From assembly GCA_963790205.1 (NCBI GenBank), contig CAWBNQ010000003.1, positions 544,001-608,000 of the forward strand: a stretch of 64,000 nucleotides of DNA, given 5' to 3'. How positions within the stretch are numbered: position 1 is the stretch's first letter; each line of letters opens with the position of its first letter. Shown here piece after piece: positions 47,461 through 58,080 of the stretch. A program made the position numbers and the translations under genes. Under the pieces are notes generated by a model that saw only the letters and a list, made by a program, of their open reading frames with translations, had not been told where the DNA came from and did no database searches. This DNA is from Nitrospirota bacterium (GTDB lineage: Bacteria; Nitrospirota; UBA9217).

Positions 47461-50451
47461 ATGCTACGAATTAAAATAGTACGGATTTTATTTTTTATCC
47501 TTGCTCTGATTCTGTATAAGACTGACGTGTATGCTGCGAAGGAAAGACCCGGGCAATCGCTCCCGATCTACCGCCTCGCGGTTTCGTTCGATTTAAAAAA
47601 CGGTCTTGTGAGGGGCTCCGCGTCGATTACCGCGCCTGAAGCCGGGACGACAATGGTTTCTCAAGGCAATCTCAGGATCACCTCGGTCATGCTGAACGGA
47701 TCGCCCATACCGTACGGAGCAAAAGACAACGTCTTCAAGATAAGGGCCAAAGAAACGCTCGAAATACAGTACGAGGCGACATACAGGGGAGACGGAGGAA
47801 ATCTCGAGAATCCAGGCGTGGTGCAGGCCGGTCTCGTGAGCGACAGGGGCATCTCGCTCACGGGCAACTGGTACCCCGCGATCGAGGGACTTGCTTATTA
47901 TAAACTCACTGCTCTCGTTCCGGGCCATTTCATCGCCGTATCCGAGGCTGATGAAATTACTGCGCGGGAGACTGCATCCGGGAAGGAGTATTCCTTCAAT
48001 TTTTCTCATCCTTTGTCCGGGGTGGATCTCGTTGCGGGCAACTACCGGGAGATCAGGGACACCGTGGACGGCATCGCTGTCTATACCTACTTTTTCCCCG
48101 AAGACGTCTCCCTTGCCGCCGACTATATCAGCCACGCGAAGAAATTCCTGAAACTGTACCAGGAGCTGCTCGTTCCCTATCCCTACAAAAGGTTCTCCGT
48201 CGTGGAAAACATCCTGCCTACCGGTGAATCGATGCCCACCTTCACGCTCCTCGGGCAGGAGATCATCCGCCTTCCTTTTATACCCGAGACCTCGCTCGGT
48301 CACGAGATCACGCATCAATGGTTCGGCAACTATGTCTATGCCGACTTCAACAAGGGCAACTGGCTGGAAGCGATCACGTCCTATCTCTCGGACCATTTAT
48401 ATAAAGAACAGGAGGGCAAGGGATGGGAGTACCGCAAGAACATCATGATCGAGTTCCAGAGCTATGTCCACCCTGGAAACGATTTCCCGCTGAGAGAGTT
48501 CAGGGAAAGGACGGGCCGCGCGTCCATGGCCATCGGTTACGGCAAGGGCGCGATGCTTTTTCACATGCTCGAAACCATGGTGGGAAGAGAGACGTTCTTA
48601 AAATCCGCGAGAAGGCTTGTCACGGACCACGAATTTCAGGAAGCATCATGGGCCGATATAGAGAAAGTTTTCGAGCAGGAGTCCGGCAAAGACCTTGGTT
48701 GGTTTTTCAAGGAGTGGCTCGACCGCAAGGGCGTTCCTTCCTGGGAAGTGCGGAATCCCGGAGCACGGGTTTTAGAGGGGGTCCCTGCCGCTGCATTCGA
48801 GCTTCTGCAAAAAGGTGAGGCGTACAAAATCGAATTGCCCGCGAAAGCGGAAGACGCCCAGGGCGAAGTGAAGCAGACGCTTGCTGTCGATAAAGAGCGG
48901 CAGTATTTCACGATCGTGTCAAAAGTAGTCCCCACCGCCCTCATTTTGGACCAGGACTATGATGTCATGAGAGCGCTCACTTCCGGGGAATTCCCTCCTG
49001 TTATCGCTCGCCTGCTCGGGGATAAAAAAAAGCTTCTCGTTTATCCTGAAAAGGAGAAAGAAAAATACGCCGGGTTGATAGAAATTTTCAGGAGTGAGGG
49101 ATTCATCGTGAAGGAGCAGGAACAGGTGAACGACGACGAGATCCGAGACTCCTCTCTCCTTATTCTGGGCGACAGTCCTGTATGGAAGAGACTCTTCGGT
49201 TCAGCCGGAGAAAAAAGGCCGGGATTCCATCTCTTCGTCAGAAACAATCCCCTCAATACGTTAAAGGTCGCAGTCTCTGTTCGTGCCGATTCGAAAGAAG
49301 AGGCCGATCTCGCCGCGGAAAAGATATTCCACTACGGAACGTATTCGATGCTTCAGTTCGAAAAAGGGAAAAATATCGCAAAGGAAACCGCTGAAACAAG
49401 CCGCGGCATGGTTTTCAATATCAGCGAACCGGCAGCGGGGGTCGAGCCGAAAAAGACCTCAAATCTCGCCGAAATCATCGATACCATTGCCGGCAGCCCT
49501 CTTATCCTGATCGGAGAGCGGCATACCAATTACGAAGACCATAAAGTGGAGCTCTCGGTGATCATGGGCCTTCATGAAAAAGGGAGAAAATTCGCCATAG
49601 GGATGGAAATGTTCCAGGAGCCTTTCCAGAACGTGGTCAATGAGTATCTTGCCGGGTCCATCGATGAGCGGCAGTTTCTCAAAAAGACGGAATATTTCAA
49701 GCGCTGGGGATTCGACTACAATCTGTACCGGGAGATCATCGAATTCGCCCGGGCCAAGGGGATCCCGATCGTGGCGCTCAACCAGAGGACCGAGATCATG
49801 GACAAGGTGGCCATGGGCGGGCTCGATGCGCTTTCACCGGAAGAACGGAAGGAGATACCTCAGGACATGAACATGGCGGATGAGCCTTATAAAAAACGCC
49901 TGAGAGCGGTCTATGAGGACCATCCCCCGGGTACGACCTTTGCGAACTTTTACCAGTCCCAGATACTCTGGGATGAGACCATGGCGCACTCTGCGGCGCG
50001 GTTCCTCGAGGAACGGCCCGATTACCAGCTTGTGGTGCTCGCCGGGGTCGAACACATCATGTACGGATCGGGGATCCCGAGCAGGGTCCACCGGCTTACC
50101 GACAGGGAGTATTCGACCCTTATCAACGGCTCATTCGACAGCGGCATCGGCACCTATGTGCTCTTTCCAAAACCCCTCGATCCTCCCTTTACTCCGAAAC
50201 TGGGCGTGATCGCGAAGGAATCCGGCGGCAGGGTGGCGATCGTTTCTTTTCCGGATGAGAGCGCCGCATTGAAAGGCGGGCTCAAAGAAGGGGACATCAT
50301 CACTTCCGTAGACGGATGGAGGATAGAAACCGTTTCCGATATCAAGATAGCTCTCTTGGATAGGGAGCCGGGCCAGACGGTAAGCGTGAAAGTCATAAGA
50401 AAGAACTTTTTCCTCGGATCGAGGGACCTTGAATTTCACCTCGAACTCTGA
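47461..50451 (+). CDS. M1 aminopeptidase + ChaN-like + PDZ fusion protein
   Basis: HEITHQWFGN..E; IGERH, IGMEMF, W.FDY.LY, Q.LWDETMA, LAG..H (ChaN); C-terminal PDZ. Confidence 0.85.
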   Translation: MLRIKIVRILFFILALILYKTDVYAAKERPGQSLPIYRLAVSFDLKNGLVRGSASITAPEAGTTMVSQGNLRITSVMLNGSPIPYGAKDNVFKIRAKETLEIQYEATYRGDGGNLENPGVVQAGLVSDRGISLTGNWYPAIEGLAYYKLTALVPGHFIAVSEADEITARETASGKEYSFNFSHPLSGVDLVAGNYREIRDTVDGIAVYTYFFPEDVSLAADYISHAKKFLKLYQELLVPYPYKRFSVVENILPTGESMPTFTLLGQEIIRLPFIPETSLGHEITHQWFGNYVYADFNKGNWLEAITSYLSDHLYKEQEGKGWEYRKNIMIEFQSYVHPGNDFPLREFRERTGRASMAIGYGKGAMLFHMLETMVGRETFLKSARRLVTDHEFQEASWADIEKVFEQESGKDLGWFFKEWLDRKGVPSWEVRNPGARVLEGVPAAAFELLQKGEAYKIELPAKAEDAQGEVKQTLAVDKERQYFTIVSKVVPTALILDQDYDVMRALTSGEFPPVIARLLGDKKKLLVYPEKEKEKYAGLIEIFRSEGFIVKEQEQVNDDEIRDSSLLILGDSPVWKRLFGSAGEKRPGFHLFVRNNPLNTLKVAVSVRADSKEEADLAAEKIFHYGTYSMLQFEKGKNIAKETAETSRGMVFNISEPAAGVEPKKTSNLAEIIDTIAGSPLILIGERHTNYEDHKVELSVIMGLHEKGRKFAIGMEMFQEPFQNVVNEYLAGSIDERQFLKKTEYFKRWGFDYNLYREIIEFARAKGIPIVALNQRTEIMDKVAMGGLDALSPEERKEIPQDMNMADEPYKKRLRAVYEDHPPGTTFANFYQSQILWDETMAHSAARFLEERPDYQLVVLAGVEHIMYGSGIPSRVHRLTDREYSTLINGSFDSGIGTYVLFPKPLDPPFTPKLGVIAKESGGRVAIVSFPDESAALKGGLKEGDIITSVDGWRIETVSDIKIALLDREPGQTVSVKVIRKNFFLGSRDLEFHLEL

Positions 50452-50529
50452 AACGAATGTTCGCGTCGTTGTCAGGTTTTCGGGAAAGCCAAAAACTGAA
50501 AAAATCAATAACCCAAGGAGGATGATGTC

Positions 50530-51375
50530 ATGAACACCGGCCAGTCCTGTCCCGTATCAAAACTAGAAAAATTGCTCGTAGCAACAGACCGTTCGATGTT
50601 CAGCGAGGGCGCGATAACCGCGGCGATAACCTTTGCAAAGCACTGTTCGAGCAAGCTCTATGTCATGACGGTCGTAGAAACGAATCCGGAATACGAGACC
50701 GCCGGCGCGGAGCTTCTGCAGAAGGAAACGGAAGAGGCCGCCCGCTACCTTGCAGCCCTCAAGGCGAGGGCGCTGGAAGAGATACCGTCCTGCGAGACGA
50801 TTTTTCGCCGCGGAGACAGCGCCTCTCGGCTTATTGTTGAAGAGGCGGCGCAGAAAAAAGTCGACATGATCGCGGTCGGCAGGCGCGGCCGGCACGGGCT
50901 GGAGAAGGTCCTCCTCGGCAGCGCAGCCGCGAAGATCATCGGCCACGCACCGTGCAAGGTACTGGTTGTTCCCCGGGCGGCAGGGATCGAGTTCAAGAAT
51001 ATTCTGGTCGCAACGGACGGCTCGGAGCACGCCCGCACAGCGGCCGCGGAGGCGATCGAGATCGCAAAACGCTGCGGAAGCCGGCTGACAGCTATTTCCG
51101 TGGCTCACTTGGAAGCCGAGAGGGAAAAAGCGCGGGCGAATGCCGGCGATGTCGTGCTGTCGGCGCAGCAGGCCGGTATCAATGTCGAGACGATGGCCCT
51201 TGTCGGGAAACCCCATGAGACCATAGCCGGGACCGCAAAAAGCATGGGTGTCGATTTGATCGTCATGGGCGCGTACGGGAGAACGGGACTCAAGAAACTC
51301 CTGATGGGGAGCACGACGGAAAAGGTGATCGGGCTGGCGGGCTGCGCCGTTCTGATCGCAAAGACAGCGCAATAG
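50530..51375 (+). CDS. Universal stress protein (tandem Usp)
   Basis: LLVATD, GRRGRHGL..LLGS, GAYGRTGLKKLLMGS. Confidence 0.92.
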   Translation: MNTGQSCPVSKLEKLLVATDRSMFSEGAITAAITFAKHCSSKLYVMTVVETNPEYETAGAELLQKETEEAARYLAALKARALEEIPSCETIFRRGDSASRLIVEEAAQKKVDMIAVGRRGRHGLEKVLLGSAAAKIIGHAPCKVLVVPRAAGIEFKNILVATDGSEHARTAAAEAIEIAKRCGSRLTAISVAHLEAEREKARANAGDVVLSAQQAGINVETMALVGKPHETIAGTAKSMGVDLIVMGAYGRTGLKKLLMGSTTEKVIGLAGCAVLIAKTAQ

Positions 51376-51383
51376 GAGCGGGC

Positions 51384-53810
51384 ATGAATTTAACATCGAA
51401 AAGTACATCCGACTATAAGGGCCTCTCCCCTGAAGAGTCGCTTCAGCGCCTGGAGACATCCAGAAATGGTCTTACGCAGTCTGAAGCGGTAAAGCGGCTC
51501 GAGACGTTCGGGTACAACGAAATTGTCGAGAAAAAGAAGAACCCTGTCCTCGAATTTCTTCTGCGCTACTGGGGACCCATGCCGTGGCTATTGGAGCTGG
51601 CCATGGCCCTGTCTTTCATATTGAGCCATTATCTTGAAGGGGTGATCATTTTTATACTCCTCACGGTCAACGCTGTCATCGGCCACATGCATTCACGCGG
51701 CTCTCAAAAAGCGGTGGAGCTTCTCAAGAAAAAGCTGGCAATCAAGGCGAAGGCCTTGCGGGACGGGAAATGGGGCATGCAAGAGTCGCGAGAGCTCGTG
51801 CCCGGAGACATTATCTCCGTCGGGCTCGGGGACATCGTGCCGGCCGACGCCAAAATCGTGAGCGGGGGGCTTTCCGTCGACGCCTCGGCCCTGACCGGGG
51901 AGTCCCTGCCTGTGGAGACACATGAATCGGACATCATTTACTCAAGCGCTGTCGTGCGGAGGGGTGCAGCGAGGTGCGTCGTGGTCAATACCGGCGCGCA
52001 CACGTACTTCGGAAAGACCGCGGAACTGGTCAACATAGCCAAGCCCAAGTCCCACCAAGAGGCTGTGATGATGGCCATGGTCAAATATATGATGTACTTT
52101 GGCATAACCGCGTTGGTTCTTGTTCTCGCCTATGGTCTGCTCGCGAATTTGCACGAACACCTCGTCACCGTGCTGACCCTGGCCGTGATTTTTCTCATGG
52201 GCGCGGTCCCCGTGGCCCTTCCGGCGGTGCTCACCATCGTCCAGGCCGTGGGTGCAATGGAGCTTGCCAAGAAGGGTGTGCTGGTGACCAGGCTCGATTC
52301 GATCGAGGATGCGGCTTCCATCGACGTTCTTTGCTTTGACAAAACAGGGACTATAACTCAGAACAGGTTGTCGGTTGCCGATGCCGTTCCGTTTTCCGGG
52401 TTCCGAAAAGAAGACGTCGTCGTCACGGCCGCGTTAGCGTCTCAAAAGGAAGGCATGGACCTCATAGACAGCGCGGTCCTTGAATATGCCAAAACCACGG
52501 GCGCAGAACTCAAGCCCTTTCATCAGCTCTCGTTTAAGCCCTTCGACCCGTCGATCAAGAGAACAGAGGCAATCGTCGAAGTTGCAGGAAGGCGCTTCAA
52601 AGCCGTGAAAGGCGCGGCCCAGGTGGTCATGTCCCTGTGCCGGGACATGGACCAAAAGACGCGAGAGAAGGCGAACGGAACGATCGAGGAGTTCTCGCGG
52701 AACGGATACCGGACGATAGCGGTCGCGCGGTCGGGAGATGATGGATTGGATGATCTCAAATTCGCGGGCTTGCTGCCCATGGCGGACCCGCCCAGGCCGG
52801 AATCAAAAAGCATGATAGAGCAGGCGAGAAAACTGGGGATCAAGCCGATAATGCTTACCGGCGACAGTATGGCCATAGCAAAAGAAATAGCCGGTCAGGT
52901 AGGGATCGGGAGCAACATTATCCGGATGGCGGACATCCAGGGCTTGAGCGAAGAGGAGCAGGTCAAAATCGTGGGAGAATCCAACGGGTTCGCTGAGATC
53001 TATCCCGAGGACAAGTACAAAGTCGTGAAGCTCCTCCAGTCGCAAGGCCACATGGTGGGAATGACCGGAGACGGGGTGAACGATGCGCCGGCGCTCAAAC
53101 AAGCGGAGATGGGAATCGCGGTCAGCAACTCGACCGATGTGGCAAAGGCGTCCGCAAGCGTGGTCCTGACCGAGCCGGGGATCGGCGTGATCATCAATGC
53201 GGTGACCATCAGCAGGCAGACCTACCAGCGGATGCTCACCTGGGTCCTCAATAAAGTCACGAAGGTCATAGAATTCGTCGGGCTGATCACCCTGAGCTTT
53301 TTCTGGCTCCACGATATCGTGCTTTCCCTCCTGGGCATGTCGCTGCTCGTGTTCGCGAACGATTTCGTGACCATGTCCCTGGCGACCGACAGGGTGACCT
53401 CTACGCCCAATCCGAACATATGGAACGTCAGGAACATTACGCTGGCGTCGCTCGTTCCCGGCATGCTCCTGGTCGTGGAAGGCCTGCTCGTGATCCTCAT
53501 GGGGAAAAACTATTTTCATCTTGCATGGGAACAGCTGCGCACCCTGGTCATGCTGAACCTGATATTCAACAGCCAGTTCAGGGTATTGATCGTGCGGGAG
53601 AGGCGGCACTTCTGGTCGTCCTTGCCGGGCAGGGAATTGCTGCTCCTGAGCACGGCGACCATCATCGGATTTGCGCTCCTGGGCGTGTACGGCATCTTTG
53701 TCCCGTCCCTCGCTCCCTCCCAGGTCCTCGCGGTGCTGGGGTTCTCAATAGTCTTTACGCTCGGCATAGACTTTCCCAAATACTATTTGTTCAGGAGGTT
53801 CGGATTATGA
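51384..53810 (+). CDS. Plasma-membrane proton-efflux P-type ATPase (type IIIA)
   Basis: WGPMPW, LTGES, VPVALP, DKTGT, KGA, MTGDGVNDAPALK; AND in TM6. Confidence 0.9.
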   Translation: MNLTSKSTSDYKGLSPEESLQRLETSRNGLTQSEAVKRLETFGYNEIVEKKKNPVLEFLLRYWGPMPWLLELAMALSFILSHYLEGVIIFILLTVNAVIGHMHSRGSQKAVELLKKKLAIKAKALRDGKWGMQESRELVPGDIISVGLGDIVPADAKIVSGGLSVDASALTGESLPVETHESDIIYSSAVVRRGAARCVVVNTGAHTYFGKTAELVNIAKPKSHQEAVMMAMVKYMMYFGITALVLVLAYGLLANLHEHLVTVLTLAVIFLMGAVPVALPAVLTIVQAVGAMELAKKGVLVTRLDSIEDAASIDVLCFDKTGTITQNRLSVADAVPFSGFRKEDVVVTAALASQKEGMDLIDSAVLEYAKTTGAELKPFHQLSFKPFDPSIKRTEAIVEVAGRRFKAVKGAAQVVMSLCRDMDQKTREKANGTIEEFSRNGYRTIAVARSGDDGLDDLKFAGLLPMADPPRPESKSMIEQARKLGIKPIMLTGDSMAIAKEIAGQVGIGSNIIRMADIQGLSEEEQVKIVGESNGFAEIYPEDKYKVVKLLQSQGHMVGMTGDGVNDAPALKQAEMGIAVSNSTDVAKASASVVLTEPGIGVIINAVTISRQTYQRMLTWVLNKVTKVIEFVGLITLSFFWLHDIVLSLLGMSLLVFANDFVTMSLATDRVTSTPNPNIWNVRNITLASLVPGMLLVVEGLLVILMGKNYFHLAWEQLRTLVMLNLIFNSQFRVLIVRERRHFWSSLPGRELLLLSTATIIGFALLGVYGIFVPSLAPSQVLAVLGFSIVFTLGIDFPKYYLFRRFGL

Positions 53811-54206
53811 TGATAATGAGGCCGGGAACATTCCTGCGACTTATCCTTACGCCCGGTCGCTTGTACTGTGCATCATGAAAGGTACAGCAGACTCTCTCAA
53901 TTTAGTCGCAAACAAAGTGAACACTTGGAAATTTGAAGCCTTATTACCTGTATTACTTTTATTTTGAGATGAGTTTCATTATTATTATTTTTTAGTTGAC
54001 AGGCAGCACTCTACCAGCACTCTACCCTAATATTTGAAACAGCTTGTTGTAGTAGTCGGTCCAGGCGCGGAGGGTAAGAGCGTTTGCATTAAAATTTCAA
54101 AAACCTTCACGCACTTTCAGGGTTTCCCCCCGGCAACCGTACGTTTTTTAGGCCATGGCAGTTCACTCTCATTGCCCTTCCGGCTTGTACGATTCAAAGA
54201 TTACTA

Positions 54207-55088
54207 TTACGCTGCCTGGGCTGTGGCCTCTTTCCATTCGCCCGCAACCTCCTTAACAAAGTCCTCGAAACTGTGCGGCTTGCGGCCGAGGAGCCTTTGC
54301 TGCCTTTCCAGGTCGGCCGCGCTGGCAGCCATCCCGTGGTCCTGGTAGAACTTGTACATTACCCGGTAATCACGGACCTTCCATTCCGGCATGACGTTCC
54401 TGACCCGCTGCACCCACGCATCGAGGTCGTTGCCGCCGTAGCGGACGTCTCTGCCGACGTATTGGCTGTAAATACGGGCGATATCAATGCCGGTCAAGGT
54501 GTCCGGACCGTGGAGCGCAAGGGTCTGTCCCTCAAAGCCCGGCTTGGTCAACGCATTCACGGCACACTCGGCGATGTCCCGTACATCGACACGGTTCAAG
54601 CCGATCTTGCCGATGGGGGGCAGATATATGCCGTACTGCATGATCATGTCCTTCAACGCCAAGTCGTTCTGGAAGAAGTTGTTCGGCCTCAGGATCGTGT
54701 AGGCGATGCCGGACTCTTTTATGGCGTTCTCGACCGGTATCTTGCTGCCGAAGTGCGGGATGTGCGTCGACCCCTCGGGCATGGAGACCGACAGGTAGAC
54801 GATCTTCTTGACGCCGGCTGATTTGGCCGCCTCAACAGCGGCTCGGCCTTGACTGGTCTCGCTCGGGCCCACGGTATTGACCAGGAACACGCTGTCTGCG
54901 CCGGGAAAAGCAGAGGAAAGCGTGTCCGGATTATCCAGGTCCGCGAGGCGTCCTTCGACTCCCGACGGCAGTCCCTTGAGCTTATTAACTGAGCGGGACA
55001 TGCACCGCACATTGACGCCCTGGGCCGCAAGTTTTTTCATGACCACGCTGCCAACCGTTCCGGTGCAGCCGATAACCAGTGTTTTCAT
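54207..55088 (-). CDS. NmrA-family / atypical SDR NAD(P)-binding protein
   Basis: VIGCTGTVGS, HFGSK, LRPNNFFQN, VDVRDIA. Confidence 0.9.
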   Translation of the reverse strand: MKTLVIGCTGTVGSVVMKKLAAQGVNVRCMSRSVNKLKGLPSGVEGRLADLDNPDTLSSAFPGADSVFLVNTVGPSETSQGRAAVEAAKSAGVKKIVYLSVSMPEGSTHIPHFGSKIPVENAIKESGIAYTILRPNNFFQNDLALKDMIMQYGIYLPPIGKIGLNRVDVRDIAECAVNALTKPGFEGQTLALHGPDTLTGIDIARIYSQYVGRDVRYGGNDLDAWVQRVRNVMPEWKVRDYRVMYKFYQDHGMAASAADLERQQRLLGRKPHSFEDFVKEVAGEWKEATAQAA

Positions 55089-55181
55089 GGATTGTCCCTC
55101 CTTCATTGTACGCATAGTAGATCTTTTCACTTTCGTGTAAAAAAGTTTGGAACAGGTTGATTGATGCGCCTCTCTATAAAA

Positions 55182-55210
55182 AGTATTGCACGGTATTTTC
55201 AGCCTGTCAA
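55182..55210 (-). promoter_or_regulatory. Sigma70-type promoter for the NmrA-like gene
   Basis: TTGACA-N17-AATACT on the minus strand. Confidence 0.5.
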
Positions 55211-55394
55211 ATCTACAGAACGGGTAGAGACGATGTGCTGTAGCGTAATACTTTTATCATATAGCAGGAAGGGGCAACTCAGTAAGAATGCGAACGCCGA
55301 GTTCGGCCAAGCCATTTGGCGCACAGGACTTATCCTGAGTATTTAAAAAATGGAATAGACCTCTTTGCAGGATTCATGAGAGGAAGGGTAGAAG

Positions 55395-55446
55395 AAACGG
55401 CGTGGAATTGAAAGGAAGTCCGCCTTTAAGCAATTCCACGCCGTTT
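55395..55446 (-). terminator. Hairpin downstream of the second pal gene
   Basis: AAACGGCGTGGAATTG...CAATTCCACGCCGTTT, 16-bp stem. Confidence 0.65.
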
Positions 55447-55457
55447 GTGATGCGCTG

Positions 55458-56003
55458 CTAGTCGTTTACCGCGACGAGATCATCGCGCCGGTTTTTTTGC
55501 CAGCACTCCTCAGTGCTTTCCGTGCAGACCGGTTTTTCTTTACCATAGCTGATGAGGGTAATGCGTTTGGCCGAAATTCCCAGGTCTGTGAGGAATTTTT
55601 TGGCGCTCGAAGCGCGGCGCTGTCCCAGCGACTGGTTATATTCTTTCGTTCCTCGCTCGTCGCAATTCCCTTCGATCCTTACTTTTACCGTCGGATTCGC
55701 CTTGAGCCACTCGGCGTTCACCTTCATTACCTCCCGGGCGTCGTCACGGACAAAAGATTTGTTGAAATCGAAGTAGATCGGCTGGATGCCCGACGACGCC
55801 GTGGAGGATCGCTCGGCCGGTCCCCCTTTTGCCTGGGTACCCGTTTCCGAACTTGCGGCCGGTTTCTGATCGCCGCTCTGAACGGCCCCCCCGTTCGATG
55901 CTTCCGGTGTGGCAGTAATCTGAGCATTCTTGGGGCAGCCCCATAGTGTAAGCGAACTCGCCAGTAGAATGAATGTATAGTGCAGTATTCTGGGATGTTT
56001 CAT
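55458..56003 (-). CDS. pal: Peptidoglycan-associated lipoprotein, second paralogue
   Basis: LWGC lipobox; IEGNCDERGTKEYNQSLGQRRA, SYGKEKP. Confidence 0.9.
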   Translation of the reverse strand: MKHPRILHYTFILLASSLTLWGCPKNAQITATPEASNGGAVQSGDQKPAASSETGTQAKGGPAERSSTASSGIQPIYFDFNKSFVRDDAREVMKVNAEWLKANPTVKVRIEGNCDERGTKEYNQSLGQRRASSAKKFLTDLGISAKRITLISYGKEKPVCTESTEECWQKNRRDDLVAVND

Positions 56004-56177
56004 GTAGGTCTCCTTATTCTTTAATATATTTTATGAAAAAAGACAGCGATTTCCAAGATCCCTCCGCGCGGTCGCTTGCAGAGACCGACTGTTGACACTA
56101 AACCACTGTTCTGGAATGTGCTCAAGACTAACGTTCCGGCGGTACGGATATGTGAATCTGTCGGTGAAGTGGGAAAA

Positions 56178-56642
56178 TCACCCCAAGGGGGGAGAATGGC
56201 CTGCGTATACCGTGGAGAAGCCCTCCCGAGTGCCGTGAAACGCAACGTGCCCGGCAATCCGGCAGCCGGTTAGGACGGGAGGCGTATAATGGTCTTTCGG
56301 GATTGATGCCGTGTCGAACAACAATAGTTTTGCTGCCGCGTTTTCCGGCAGGAGCGCGCGCTTTTTCTTGATTATAACGGTATCGCCGGTGTGGTCCGGT
56401 TCGGTCTCCGCCGGCGAAGCAACATTCTCCATGACGAGTTCCCACAGGAAAAGACGGATATGTTTTACGACAGGAGATGCCGGGCTTGACTCACGCTTGT
56501 TTTCGAGGTTTTTTTGTTCTAAAAACGTATAGGTAAGGGGAGATATCGCGTAGACGATATAATAGAGAAAGAAAAGAAGCGTGAACAGTCGTTTTTTCCC
56601 GAGAGAGAAAGTCATCATACCATGGACCCAATGACGCATCAT
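56178..56642 (-). CDS. Hypothetical membrane-anchored protein
   Basis: N-terminal TM and C-terminal GHSPP; co-oriented upstream of pal. Confidence 0.6.
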   Translation of the reverse strand: MMRHWVHGMMTFSLGKKRLFTLLFFLYYIVYAISPLTYTFLEQKNLENKRESSPASPVVKHIRLFLWELVMENVASPAETEPDHTGDTVIIKKKRALLPENAAAKLLLFDTASIPKDHYTPPVLTGCRIAGHVAFHGTREGFSTVYAGHSPPLG

Positions 56643-56700
56643 GTGCCTGAAATAAAAGTCATGCTAGCAAATCGTGGCCGGCTTGTCAAGAAAGCAATGA

Positions 56701-57026
56701 TCACAGCATCGCCCGCACGCTCATCGTCGCTGCGGATCAGATGATGTCCATCGGGACCAGGAGGTCGCAGGTGGAGTCGAAGAGCAGGTCCGCGCGGGCC
56801 GGAAACTCCTTGTCTTCCAGCCAGAGCGAGAGGATGACCGGGACCTTCGGCCGGGGAAAAAACGAAGGGCCGCGTCCCCAGGATTTACAAGCTCACCGCC
56901 GAGGCTTTCCCCTTTATCGAGAAATCCTGCCTTGTTCCTTCCGTGTTTCCCTGCCAGCGGCTCCAGCGGCAGAACCTGCGAGCCTTTCGTGAAGATATCT
57001 CTTCCCCTGATGTTCCGAAGTTTCAA
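56701..57026 (-). pseudogene. DUF3786-like gene remnant
   Basis: IFTKGSQVLPLEPLA...GDAALRFF, frameshift, then PKVPVILSLWLEDKEFPARADLLFDSTC..PMDII*SAATMS..ML*; no 5' part. Confidence 0.65.
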
Positions 57027-57397
57027 CAGACTGCGGTGCAGGAGAGGTTCCTGGAGTTTGCAGGCACCATATAGCTGCGATTTGCTCGCAATGATGACAA
57101 AAAAAATAGAAATCTGCTCATCTTTTATCAGCTTTCATACTATCAGATTCTTTTCTGTTTTCAAAGGAGAATCATGTTCCATATTTAAACACTCAAATTT
57201 TTAGTCAGTTTCCGTTGAACCTATTGCATTATCATTAGTTGTATTGCATTTTCGGCCCGTAAACAAAGGTTCAATCCCATTTTTTATCAGCTGCCGTGAA
57301 TTGATTTTAATATGCAGTGCTCATCTGAGTTCAAATATGAAACGTGACAATTATTTGTAATTTTAAAATTAATTAATAAAAACAATATATTATATAT

Positions 57398-57413
57398 TGG
57401 CATCCATGTTGCT
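57398..57413 (+). promoter_or_regulatory. Sigma54 (-24/-12) promoter
   Basis: TGGCATCCATGTTGCT (GG-N10-GC), preceded by an AT-rich IHF-like tract. Confidence 0.75.
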
Positions 57414-57453
57414 TTAGTAATATCAGCATTTCAAGCTAAGGAGGCCTCTTAAT

Positions 57454-57951
57454 ATGGGAAAGAGACAGTTGTTGTTCGTCACTTACGGCGATGAGAACCT
57501 CGAGGAAGGGGTCTCGTACGCTATCGAGCTTGCGAAGGCGATGTACGAGGATATCACGCTGCTGCTTGTCCAGAAGAAGAACAATCTCATGGAGAAGCTT
57601 GGCAATCTGATGACGGCCGTGAGCTTTGCCGAGGCGGATGACCATGAAACGGCGCGGCAGATCATGGCCGGCGGCTCTCAGGACGGGCACGAGAGATTGG
57701 AGAGGAAGCTCGCAGAACTCGCGGAGCGCTGCAAACGGGAAGGGGTCCAGGTTAACGTGCAGCATACGGGCCTGGACGCTGTAGCGGGCATCCGGACGTT
57801 TCTCCGGGAGCACACGGGGATTGACAAAGTCGTTCTGAGCCCGGTGGTGACTGAGGCGGGCAATGTTACCGCCAAGGACCTGAACCGGCTCGTGCGCACG
57901 GCGTCCCGGCCGATCGTGACCATGACCCGGCAGGCCTGTGTTGTCGGGTAA
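57454..57951 (+). CDS. Usp-like hypothetical protein
   Basis: LLFVT..YAIELAKAM, VVLSP, SRPIVTM (Usp-type fold pattern); AAGGAGG RBS. Confidence 0.7.
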   Translation: MGKRQLLFVTYGDENLEEGVSYAIELAKAMYEDITLLLVQKKNNLMEKLGNLMTAVSFAEADDHETARQIMAGGSQDGHERLERKLAELAERCKREGVQVNVQHTGLDAVAGIRTFLREHTGIDKVVLSPVVTEAGNVTAKDLNRLVRTASRPIVTMTRQACVVG

Positions 57952-58080
57952 TTGTAAACAAAAACTTTTTCACCGCAGAGAACGCAGGGAACCGTTTATT
58001 TTTGTTTTACCTCAGACGTCCTCCGCGAGCTTTGCAATAAACTAAAAGCGTCAAATAAACCATACGAAAAGGAGCATGCG

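Noticed and set aside
54004..54025. 11-bp tandem duplication CAGCACTCTAC after TTGACA
   Set aside because: Only two copies, no downstream plus-strand gene, and the promoter spacing does not fit with or without the duplication.
56737..56739. In-frame TGA in the DUF3786-like remnant as selenocysteine or recoding
   Set aside because: It co-occurs with a frameshift and 5' truncation, so decay of a TGG codon is the simpler explanation.
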